From the IMG/VR virus record IMGVR_UViG_2671180299_000021: 6,620 bases of DNA. The stretch is one strand, 5' to 3'. Source of the DNA: a virus (lineage: Duplodnaviria; Heunggongvirae; Uroviricota; Caudoviricetes). The notes below the pieces were generated by a model. That model saw only the letters and a list, made by a program, of their open reading frames with translations, did not search any database and was not told the origin of the DNA. A program made the position numbers and the translations under genes. Below, piece after piece: positions 1 through 6,620 of the stretch. The first letter of the stretch is position 1, and the number at the start of each line of letters is the position of its first letter.

Positions 1-168
1 GTACTCAGTCTGAAAATGTTCGGGCTGGGGCTGCCGGTGATGCTGAAGGAATACGGACTGAATTACGAGAAGCGCCATACCAAACAGGGGATACAGACCA
101 ACCTGACGCTGAAAGAGGAAAGCTACGGCGACTGGCTGCCAAAATGTGACGACCCTGCAACAACCTGA
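1..168 (+). CDS. 3' end of an unidentified protein-coding gene (last 55 codons; start is upstream of the window)
   Basis: Frame 1 is open from base 1 to TGA at 166-168 (...MLKEYGLNYEKRHTKQGIQTNLTLKEESYGDWLPKCDDPATT*), followed within 20 nt by a GC hairpin plus T8 terminator. Product not recognised. Confidence 0.5.
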   Translation, partial: VLSLKMFGLGLPVMLKEYGLNYEKRHTKQGIQTNLTLKEESYGDWLPKCDDPATT

Positions 169-184
169 CCCTCATGACTCATCT

Positions 185-210
185 GACCGGCATCTGCCGG
201 TCTTTTTTTT
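185..210 (+). terminator. Rho-independent terminator (GACCGGC-atct-GCCGGTC stem followed by T8)
   Basis: Seen in sequence: 7-bp GC-rich inverted repeat at 185-191/196-202 immediately followed by eight T (203-210), placed 17 nt after the stop codon at 166-168. Confidence 0.65.
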
Positions 211-225
211 ATCCCTGAATTCCCC

Positions 226-356
226 GCAGGTGAACAATCCACTGTTCATCCTTCACCGTGTATTTACCCGTTATCACACTGAAATTAAAAGAGAAAAACG
301 AAAGGTGAACAGTGTGAACAATCAAATCAAAAAAAACTTTTTTCGCCCTGTGTGAT
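226..356. repeat. Tandem repeat unit 1 (~130 bp) with GTGAACA heptamers in both orientations and an A8-C-T6 tract
   Basis: Aligns base for base with 406-534 at an exact 180-bp offset. The 20-mer AAAGGTGAACAGTGTGAACA at 301-320 is identical at 481-500. GTGAACA at 230-236, 305-311, 314-320; inverted TGTTCAT at 244-250; A8 at 329-336 and T6 at 338-343. Confidence 0.6.
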
Positions 357-405
357 TTCAGTGCGGAGGATTAATCCCCTGCACAAGTCACACCGGCAGA
401 ATGCC

Positions 406-534
406 GGAGGTGAAGAATCGAATGTTCACCCTTCACCCATTATTCACCACCTATCACTCTGAAATAAAAGGAGAAAACAGAAAGGTGAACAGTGTGAACA
501 GTTCTTTCGAAAAAAAATTTTTTTCCTGTACGAT
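406..534. repeat. Tandem repeat unit 2 (~130 bp), diverged copy of 226-356
   Basis: Roughly 80% identical to unit 1 by eye. GTGAAGA at 410-416, TGTTCAC at 423-429, GTGAACA at 485-491 and 494-500, A8 at 510-517 and T7 at 518-524. Preceded by hairpin CCGGCA-gaa-TGCCGG (393-407), echoing the CCGGC stem of the terminator before unit 1. Confidence 0.6.
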
Positions 535-815
535 ATAGCATCAATCCAAGTAAAAATGCGTTTTCATTTCACATTAACTTACAGCCATTGGTATACGATT
601 AGGTATACGTACAAAAACTGAATTAAACAAAATCATTAAAAATCAAAGCAATACAGTATTTATTCAAACTCCGCCAGCCCACCAATCATGATTGGACGGT
701 GTAAGGACAACACCAACAAAAACAGGAAGTTAGCAGTCTCAGCAGGACACCGACCAGACGGTGAGGAGACAAAAAAGGATACGCAAAGGAGCCGCGGCTC
801 TCAAGTGTGAAAGAA

Positions 816-838
816 GCCCGCAAATTGCGGGCTTTTTT
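816..838 (+). terminator. Rho-independent terminator (GCCCGCA-aat-TGCGGGC followed by T6)
   Basis: Seen in sequence: perfect 7-bp GC-rich stem at 816-822/826-832 with a 3-nt loop, then TTTTTT at 833-838. Lies 55 nt upstream of the ATG at 894. Confidence 0.7.
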
Positions 839-893
839 ATTGATCAGTCAACAATAAACAGTAACCGAATGAGAATTTAATAAGGATATTCAT

Positions 894-1925
894 ATGGAAG
901 CTACTGTGGATTCGATTGATTTTCTGATCCGTAGTGAAGATGATTTTCTAAACTTTCTGGAAGAAATGAAAGCCCGAGAGGGGCTTGATTCTAAAGAGTT
1001 TATTTTCCCTAACGTAAAGTTTGCAGGCTGGCCATCCTTAGACATAAATGTAAAAGGAGAGCGGTATCATTCATCAATTACATCAGCAATGTTGTTTGGT
1101 ATGTCAATGCTCAACGAGGAGATACAGCGGGCGTTTGCAACCATACGATACGGATCGCAGAATCTTCAACGCTTGACTAATGAAGACAAGCAACGACTTG
1201 ATATAAATTTTAAAATTAGCGAAGGTTCTAGTGATGCGGAAGGCACCACTGACAAGATCATCAACGCAGTAACTGATTTTTTGCGAGATACTATGTCTGG
1301 ACTGAACGGCTGGCAGAAAATGCTTGTTATAATCACAATGGTTGGCGCGGCCAGCACATGTGGTTATCACTACATTTCAGAAAATGCCGTAACAGAAAGA
1401 CATGCAACTGATCGGCAGGTTGAAATTGCAAAAACCACATCCGATGGCATAAACAAAGCCATAGAAGCAACATTAGATTATAAAATCTATGGGAAATCAG
1501 CGATTAGCGATAAAGTTACTAGTCACGGACAAGCAGGTAAAAGTGCTTTAGTGAAGCAATTAGCTGCTGATCCTACTGTCGAAACCGTGACTTTAGGAAA
1601 TGAGAAACTAACACGACAAGACCTAAATACCTACAACAGCCGACAATCTGTAGATAGAGAACGTAAAGAACGAACTGATATATTTTCCATCAAAGGTGTA
1701 ACCAGAACAGGGCCAACAAATCAGGATATTAATATTAACGTTGTTAGGGTCTCTAATGACGAATGCTTCACAATCAAAGCTTCAGCTGATGTTATCACCC
1801 AAGATGAGTTGACAGCTATTGTTGACGCTTTGTCAAACAACTCTCATATTAAAATCAGTTACTTAGAGGTAATTGAAAAGGGTGCTGTTTCTATAGGTCA
1901 GTTCAACACTATTGTTTCAGAATAA
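894..1925 (+). CDS. Hypothetical protein, 343 aa (cargo gene A); mostly polar/charged with one hydrophobic segment near aa 143-158 (MLVIITMVGAASTCGY)
   Basis: Long ORF with Shine-Dalgarno AAGGA 7 nt upstream of the ATG. Visibly AT-rich relative to the phage tail genes. No catalytic or family motif recognised by eye. Confidence 0.8.
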   Translation: MEATVDSIDFLIRSEDDFLNFLEEMKAREGLDSKEFIFPNVKFAGWPSLDINVKGERYHSSITSAMLFGMSMLNEEIQRAFATIRYGSQNLQRLTNEDKQRLDINFKISEGSSDAEGTTDKIINAVTDFLRDTMSGLNGWQKMLVIITMVGAASTCGYHYISENAVTERHATDRQVEIAKTTSDGINKAIEATLDYKIYGKSAISDKVTSHGQAGKSALVKQLAADPTVETVTLGNEKLTRQDLNTYNSRQSVDRERKERTDIFSIKGVTRTGPTNQDININVVRVSNDECFTIKASADVITQDELTAIVDALSNNSHIKISYLEVIEKGAVSIGQFNTIVSE

Positions 1926-1976
1926 TCACTTAACCCCATTTATGTCGGTTGAGGTTATAAGTCACGGAGACCAGAT

Positions 1977-2321
1977 ATGTCCTTAAAGTATGCACATGAA
2001 AAATTTCATACTGCAGTACTTACTCTTGCGGGCCATGGAAGTATTCAAGAACGCTTGATTAATTCGTATGTTTTTAGCCTTGGGCATCTTAAAACAGCCG
2101 ATGATATTCCAAATGCCTTACAAAGCAGGTTCGATGAATTATGTAAGGAACTGACTAAGTTTGATGCCACTGGCGATGAGGGGCGAGTTCAAGCAACAGT
2201 ATCAAAACTTAACGATTTCGAGATCAATAAACTGATCGAAGATATTGTCAGTCTTAACGATGATATTTGCATGAAATTGGCTCTGACGGATGAGACTTAC
2301 CAAGACATACACCAAAGTTAA
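1977..2321 (+). CDS. Hypothetical small acidic protein, 114 aa (cargo gene B), co-oriented with gene A
   Basis: ORF begins 51 nt after the gene A stop, with GGAG 7 nt upstream of the ATG. Followed 28 nt downstream by a strong hairpin terminator. Product not recognised. Confidence 0.7.
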   Translation: MSLKYAHEKFHTAVLTLAGHGSIQERLINSYVFSLGHLKTADDIPNALQSRFDELCKELTKFDATGDEGRVQATVSKLNDFEINKLIEDIVSLNDDICMKLALTDETYQDIHQS

Positions 2322-2348
2322 TTGATTAAATTCAAAAAGTTAACGTTC

Positions 2349-2380
2349 AACCAGCCAGTTTTTGGCTGGTTTATTGTCTT
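2349..2380. terminator. Bidirectional intrinsic terminator between convergent genes (AACCAGCCA-gtttt-TGGCTGGTT then T-rich)
   Basis: Seen in sequence: perfect 9-bp stem at 2349-2357/2363-2371 with a T-rich tail on the + strand (TTATTGTCTT) and a T5 run 11 nt downstream on the - strand. Sits between the stop of the + gene (2321) and the stop of the - gene (2406). Confidence 0.65.
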
Positions 2381-2405
2381 ATAATATTCTTGCTCGAATG
2401 ATGCA

Positions 2406-2618
2406 CTATTTATGATGTAATCCGGACATCAGTTCATGGACAAGATTATCTCTTTCATTGTGTTGCAACCGTAAATGCATAGCAAAAAGGTGAGCACTAT
2501 CCTCATTCCTCTTCAAGCCATGCTGTTCAAGATACCCGAAAAAACGGCTTCTCTTATCCGCTATTTCCTGAGTCTGACGTGCAACATTTACCAAATTTTC
2601 TAGCGTTTTTCTTGGCAT
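2406..2618 (-). CDS. Hypothetical small protein, 70 aa (cargo gene C), immediately downstream of pin on the same strand
   Basis: ORF with strong Shine-Dalgarno AGGAGG 7 nt upstream of the ATG (plus-strand 2616-2618 = CAT). Product (MPRKTLENLVNVARQTQEIADKRSRFFGYLEQHGL...) not recognised. Confidence 0.65.
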   Translation of the reverse strand: MPRKTLENLVNVARQTQEIADKRSRFFGYLEQHGLKRNEDSAHLFAMHLRLQHNERDNLVHELMSGLHHK

Positions 2619-2659
2619 ACTATTTCCTCCTGAAATTGTTGTAATTCACTAGGATATTC

Positions 2660-2687
2660 ATTTTAATTTGTATCATTTAGTACCAAA
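2660..2687 (-). promoter_or_regulatory. Candidate sigma70 promoter for gene C (-35 TTGGTA/TTTGGT, -10 TAAAAT on the minus strand)
   Basis: Read by eye on the minus strand: TAAAAT (plus 2660-2665) about 40 nt upstream of the ATG, with a TTGGTA-like hexamer 15-16 nt further upstream. Match is marginal. Confidence 0.25.
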
Positions 2688-2816
2688 ACCGCTATCAATT
2701 AACAAAGCCATCGTTGTGGTTTACCTTGCAGCCGTTTTTTGTCATTGACTCTATGTGAAAATAATGAATCATCATGAGATTGGCTCACACGTTCTTGAAT
2801 TCGACGAGCTGTGTCT

Positions 2817-3371
2817 TTATTTATCTCCTGCCGGAAACCTCTGATACAAAGTCGATACGCCAACATCATAGATAATCGCAACTTTCTGGCGCGGAACTCC
2901 TGATGCAATTAATCGTCCGGCTTGTGCCCATTGTTCTGGTGTAAGTTTGGGACGACGTCCACCAATTCGTCCCTGTGCGCGAGCAGCTTCCAGTCCAGCT
3001 TTTGTTCGTTCAACAATCAGTTCTCGTTCCATTTCAGCCAGGGCCCCCATCACATGAAAGAAAAAGCGCCCCATTGGGGTACTGGTATCAATTGAATCCG
3101 TCAGACTACGAAAGTTGATGCCTCGTTCGCGCAACTCCTCCACCAGCACGACAAGATGCCGCATACTGCGCCCCAGTCGGTCCAGTTTCCAGACCACCAG
3201 CGTATCGCCTGCCGATAATGTCCTGAGCAGTTTTTTCAGTCCCGGCCTTTCGGACTTTGTACCGCTTATCTTGTCTTCAAAAATCAGCTCGCATCCTGCA
3301 CAGTTCAGCGCATTACGTTGTAGATCTGTGTTCTGGTCATTTGTTGACACACGTACATAGCCAATAAGCAT
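2817..3371 (-). CDS. pin: Serine-recombinase DNA invertase Pin (Hin/Gin/Cin/Pin family), 184 aa
   Basis: Translation MLIGYVRVSTNDQNTDLQRNAL... carries the resolvase/invertase N-terminal catalytic motif (YVRVSTxxQ, Ser10) and a C-terminal HTH region (VAIIYDVGVSTLYQRF). Length of 184 aa fits Pin. GGGAG Shine-Dalgarno sits 8 nt upstream of the ATG at 3371; the track ORF starts 12 codons earlier at 3407 with no SD. Lies next to an invertible tail-fibre segment. Confidence 0.95.
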   Translation of the reverse strand: MLIGYVRVSTNDQNTDLQRNALNCAGCELIFEDKISGTKSERPGLKKLLRTLSAGDTLVVWKLDRLGRSMRHLVVLVEELRERGINFRSLTDSIDTSTPMGRFFFHVMGALAEMERELIVERTKAGLEAARAQGRIGGRRPKLTPEQWAQAGRLIASGVPRQKVAIIYDVGVSTLYQRFPAGDK

Positions 3372-3397
3372 GGTAGATCTCCCTGACAAAAGCAGGA

Positions 3398-3910
3398 ATG
3401 ATGCCATTTGCTCGTTATTTCTGCATTTTCATAAACGTTGGTTTGGGAGAAGGTTCGGCATTACCCGTTGGTGTGCCTGTTCCGTGGCCTTCCGCCACTC
3501 CGCCAACGGGGTGGCTAAAATGTAACGGAGCAGTATTTTCTTCTGAAAAGTACCCAAATCTGGCAAAGGCTTACCCAACATTAAAATTACCAGATTTACG
3601 CGGTGAATTTATTCGTGGCTGGGATGATGGGCGCGGGATTGACTCTGGTCGTAACTTATTATCTGCACAGAATGATGCAATTCAGAATATTGTTGGTTCT
3701 TTTGGGCGTACCCAGCTTTTTAGAGACGTACTTAGTTCAGGGCCATTTAGTCAACATGGGCAAGTATTATCTACAGGTCTAAAGGAAGCCGAAATTATTG
3801 AGGGTTATGGCGCTTATAACTGGACATTCGACGCATCTCGCTCAGTTCGCACAGCATCTGAAACCCGCTCCCGTAACATCGCCTTTAATTATATTGTGAG
3901 GGCTGCATGA
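3398..3910 (+). CDS. Alternative tail-fibre C-terminal (receptor-binding) cassette, currently in the silent orientation (stfE-like); functional coding starts at the crossover site near 3434
   Basis: Translation contains the conserved tail-fibre C-terminal signature (...PTLKLPDLRGEFIRGWDDGRGIDSGRNLLSAQNDAIQNIVGSF...). The frame enters from the crossover site (NVGLGE). No independent SD; the upstream ORF portion overlaps the pin start in antisense. Confidence 0.8.
   Translation: MMPFARYFCIFINVGLGEGSALPVGVPVPWPSATPPTGWLKCNGAVFSSEKYPNLAKAYPTLKLPDLRGEFIRGWDDGRGIDSGRNLLSAQNDAIQNIVGSFGRTQLFRDVLSSGPFSQHGQVLSTGLKEAEIIEGYGAYNWTFDASRSVRTASETRSRNIAFNYIVRAA
3426..3451. other. 26-bp recombination (crossover) site, pin-proximal (pix/gix/hix-like)
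   Basis: TTTTCATAAACGTTGGTTTGGGAGAA is an inverted copy (21 of 26 positions identical) of the site at 5371-5396. Both encode N-x-G-L-G-E in the tail-fibre reading frames, and the central dinucleotide is TT here against AA at the partner. Confidence 0.7.
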
Positions 3911-4512
3911 TAAGTAAAGCTGTATTAAATAATGAACTCATCGCCACAAAGGCCGGAGACATTACCGTTTATAATTATGATGGTGAAACACGGGAATATA
4001 TTTCCACATCAACTGAATATCTTGCTGTGGGTGTTGGTATCCCGGCATGTTCCTGTTTAGATGCTCCTGGCTCATATAAAGCTGGTTATGCAATTTGCCG
4101 TTCTGCAGATTTTAACTCATGGGAATATGTGCCAGACCATCGCGGTGAAATCGTCTATAGCACCGAAACAGGAGAATCAAAAGAAATCACAGTTCCGGGT
4201 GATTACCCTGAAAATACAACCACTATCGCCCCGTTAACGTCATACGATAAATGGGATGGTGAGAAATGGGTGACCGATACTGAGGCACAGCATAACGCCG
4301 CAGTAGACGCGGCAGAAGTACGGCGCCAGTCACTGATTGATGCTGCTATGGCTTCCATTAGTCTGATTCAGCTGAAATTGCAGGCCGGGCGGAAGCTGAC
4401 GCAGGCAGAAACAACCCGGCTTAACGCTGTGCTGGATTACATTGACGCGGTGACTGCAACAGATACCAGCACCGCGCCGGATGTCATCTGGCCTGAACTA
4501 CCGGAGGCGTAG
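3907..4512 (+). CDS. Tail fibre assembly protein (Tfa family), partner of the silent cassette, 201 aa
   Basis: ATGA start/stop overlap with the preceding cassette (translational coupling). C-terminus ...NAVLDYIDAVTATDTSTAPDVIWPELPEA is the typical Tfa chaperone motif. Confidence 0.85.
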   Translation: MISKAVLNNELIATKAGDITVYNYDGETREYISTSTEYLAVGVGIPACSCLDAPGSYKAGYAICRSADFNSWEYVPDHRGEIVYSTETGESKEITVPGDYPENTTTIAPLTSYDKWDGEKWVTDTEAQHNAAVDAAEVRRQSLIDAAMASISLIQLKLQAGRKLTQAETTRLNAVLDYIDAVTATDTSTAPDVIWPELPEA

Positions 4513-4927
4513 GCCATTCAATATCTGGAGCACTGGAGGTATCAACCAGTTCCAGTGCGTCCAGATAATCCAGCCATAAATTATATTGTTCCAGCTCGTA
4601 ACCTTTCAGACGACCAATAGCAGCTTTGCCAGGCCACTGATGGGTATTGATGTAGGTATTGACTTCTGAAACCAAAGATATCTTTTTCATTTCAGCCGCC
4701 AGCATCTCATCCTCTTTTGAAGGCGGCGGGGAATTAATCCATATTGGCCGTCCTGAACTGTCAGCGCCAATTTCTTTCCCTTCTGGATGCAGCCCAAGAA
4801 ATTGCTCATATGTTTCTCTGGTAATTTCAATAACATCATCAGGAAGCGTTCCCGCATCCTCATATTCTGGAAACAATTCTTGCAGATAAAAACTTTTACT
4901 TGCGGGTGAAAAGAATACTGAGTTCAT
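4484..4927 (-). CDS. Tail fibre assembly protein (Tfa family), partner of the currently expressed tail fibre, 147 aa
   Basis: C-terminus ...LWLDYLDALELVDTSSAPDIEWPTPP is the Tfa signature. Starts 2 nt after the stf stop on the minus strand. Confidence 0.85.
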   Translation of the reverse strand: MNSVFFSPASKSFYLQELFPEYEDAGTLPDDVIEITRETYEQFLGLHPEGKEIGADSSGRPIWINSPPPSKEDEMLAAEMKKISLVSEVNTYINTHQWPGKAAIGRLKGYELEQYNLWLDYLDALELVDTSSAPDIEWPTPPVVQAR

Positions 4928-4929
4928 TC

Positions 4930-5673
4930 TTACCGTCCAATGATTAACGCTGAGACGCTGGTATCTGAAGGAAAGGCTGCATTCAGTGGTTTGTCGACTT
5001 TGAACACAATCGTATTATTCCCCCTGACAGCGGCAAAAGAACAAACCGCCGTCGCGTATGAACCTGTAATATTACTGGATACACCACCATAAGCTGTTGT
5101 TGATACCAGAGGGATAACGCCCAGCACCTTATTAGGAAATACAAAGGGCAATGTGGCTGTGGCAATATAAGACTTATTAGAACCTGTAATGGCATAAGCA
5201 TTATCAGTCATTCCATTCATCGCCACTGGACCGCTTATACTTACAGTAACCATCTGAATGATTAGCCCGTCAGGTTGACGAATCACAAAATTTCCATTGC
5301 CACCAGTAACCGTCCAGAAAGACATATCAGGGATTTGGTTTTCCCCGTTGCCCACATTTCGTTTTGCCGCTTCTCCCAAACCAAGGTTTTCGAGAGCCGT
5401 TTTCACCGTGCCATCAGATTTGATATCGCCAAACGGATTCTTGCGGCTTAACAGCAGCGCACGAAGCGCGGTAAGCAGCTGGTCATGCCGCCCCTTCTCC
5501 AGGCTGGCACCGGATGCCTCCACCACGCTGCAGAGTTCTTCCTGCAACATGTCAAAGTAGTCATCATCCAGATCGGTGGCAGGTGTGCCGGTCTGGGGGT
5601 TACCACGGGTAAAACCGTTCTTACCCGCGCCGAACTTATCCTTCTGCGCGGTTTTCGTGTCTATACGATGCAT
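4930..5673 (-). CDS. Side tail fibre protein, 247 aa: constant N-terminal part (5397-5673) fused to the variable C-terminal cassette in the expressed orientation
   Basis: GGAG Shine-Dalgarno 6 nt upstream of the ATG. Crossover site at 5371-5396 encodes [10 protein letters not shown] at about aa 93-102. Starts 3 nt after the upstream ymfQ-like stop. Confidence 0.85.
   Translation of the reverse strand: MHRIDTKTAQKDKFGAGKNGFTRGNPQTGTPATDLDDDYFDMLQEELCSVVEASGASLEKGRHDQLLTALRALLLSRKNPFGDIKSDGTVKTALENLGLGEAAKRNVGNGENQIPDMSFWTVTGGNGNFVIRQPDGLIIQMVTVSISGPVAMNGMTDNAYAITGSNKSYIATATLPFVFPNKVLGVIPLVSTTAYGGVSSNITGSYATAVCSFAAVRGNNTIVFKVDKPLNAAFPSDTSVSALIIGR
5371..5396. other. 26-bp recombination (crossover) site inside the tail-fibre gene (constant/variable junction)
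   Basis: TTCTCCCAAACCAAGGTTTTCGAGAG has imperfect dyad symmetry around a central AA and is the inverted partner of 3426-3451. Resembles published gix/hix/cix-type sites as recalled from the literature (family consensus of the type TTnnCnnAAACCnnGGTTTnnGnnAA). Confidence 0.7.
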
Positions 5674-5676
5674 GGA

Positions 5677-6620
<944 letters not shown>

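Larger units (their letters stand above)
3426..5396. other. Invertible tail-fibre host-range segment (~1.97 kb; P-region / Mu G-segment type) controlled by Pin
   Basis: Bounded by inverted 26-bp sites. Contains two convergent cassette+tfa pairs, with the invertase gene immediately outside one end. Confidence 0.7.

Noticed and set aside
146-355. 69-aa ORF spanning the upstream terminator and repeat unit 1, and the parallel 45-aa ORF at 401-538 in repeat unit 2
   Set aside because: It overlaps the 3' end and terminator of the preceding gene and has no Shine-Dalgarno. The two repeat copies differ mostly by non-synonymous changes, so the open frame looks like a by-product of DNA/RNA-level conservation. 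Kept as a caveat in the repeat finding.
185-534. CRISPR array or retron ncRNA as an explanation for the tandem repeats
   Set aside because: Only two copies with a 180-bp period and no short repeat/spacer alternation, so not CRISPR. No reverse transcriptase gene is adjacent (protein A lacks YxDD-type motifs), so not a retron.
1-893. icd-derived attachment site or a tRNA at the left side, as at the e14 boundary in K-12
   Set aside because: The C-terminal peptide encoded at 1-168 does not resemble the Icd C-terminus as I recall it, and I see no tRNA-like T-arm or acceptor-stem structure. The prophage boundary is therefore not identified in this window.
1104-1370. Minus-strand ORFs of 88 and 63 aa (1104-1370 and 1166-1357) inside gene A
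   Set aside because: Antisense shadow ORFs entirely within a longer, better-supported CDS; no ribosome-binding sites.
1521-1547. Possible P-loop/Walker A motif in protein A (HGQAGKSAL)
   Set aside because: It does not fit G-x4-GK[ST] (the residue four positions before the GK is not Gly/Ala in the right register) and there is no accompanying Walker B, so I do not call an NTPase.
2699-2908. 69-aa minus-strand ORF overlapping the 3' end of pin
   Set aside because: Overlaps pin out of frame, has no Shine-Dalgarno and an arginine-rich low-complexity translation; likely spurious.
3115-3360. 81-aa plus-strand ORF inside pin
   Set aside because: Antisense to a confidently identified invertase gene; serine-rich low-complexity product.
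3372-3407. Longer pin start at 3407 (MASFLLLSGRST extension)
   Set aside because: The conserved serine-recombinase N-terminus begins at MLIGYVRVS, with a GGGAG Shine-Dalgarno correctly spaced before the ATG at 3371; the upstream ATG has none.

Overview
This window looks like the tail-fibre/invertase end of an e14-like (lambdoid, Mu-type tail-fibre switch) prophage, with an accessory cargo island beyond the invertase. Calls rest on reading the sequence and ORF translations by eye; no database search was run. Left to right: the 3' end of an unidentified gene with its terminator (1-210); a structure-rich non-coding stretch with two tandem ~130-bp repeat units on an exact 180-bp period, ending in a strong terminator (226-838); an AT-rich two-gene operon of unrecognised proteins (894-2321) and a convergent small gene (2406-2618), sitting where E. 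coli K-12 e14 carries mcrA; the serine DNA invertase Pin (2817-3371, minus strand); a ~1.95-kb invertible segment bounded by inverted 26-bp crossover sites (3426-3451 and 5371-5396) holding two alternative tail-fibre C-terminal cassettes and two tail-fibre assembly genes; a DUF2313/YmfQ-like tail gene whose 5' end abuts the left end of an IS3-family (IS911-like) insertion sequence (from about 6237), whose OrfA carries the A-AAA-AAG frameshift heptamer. The most interesting candidate is the cargo operon at 894-2321, possibly with the small gene at 2406-2618, as a possible undescribed anti-phage or abortive-infection module.
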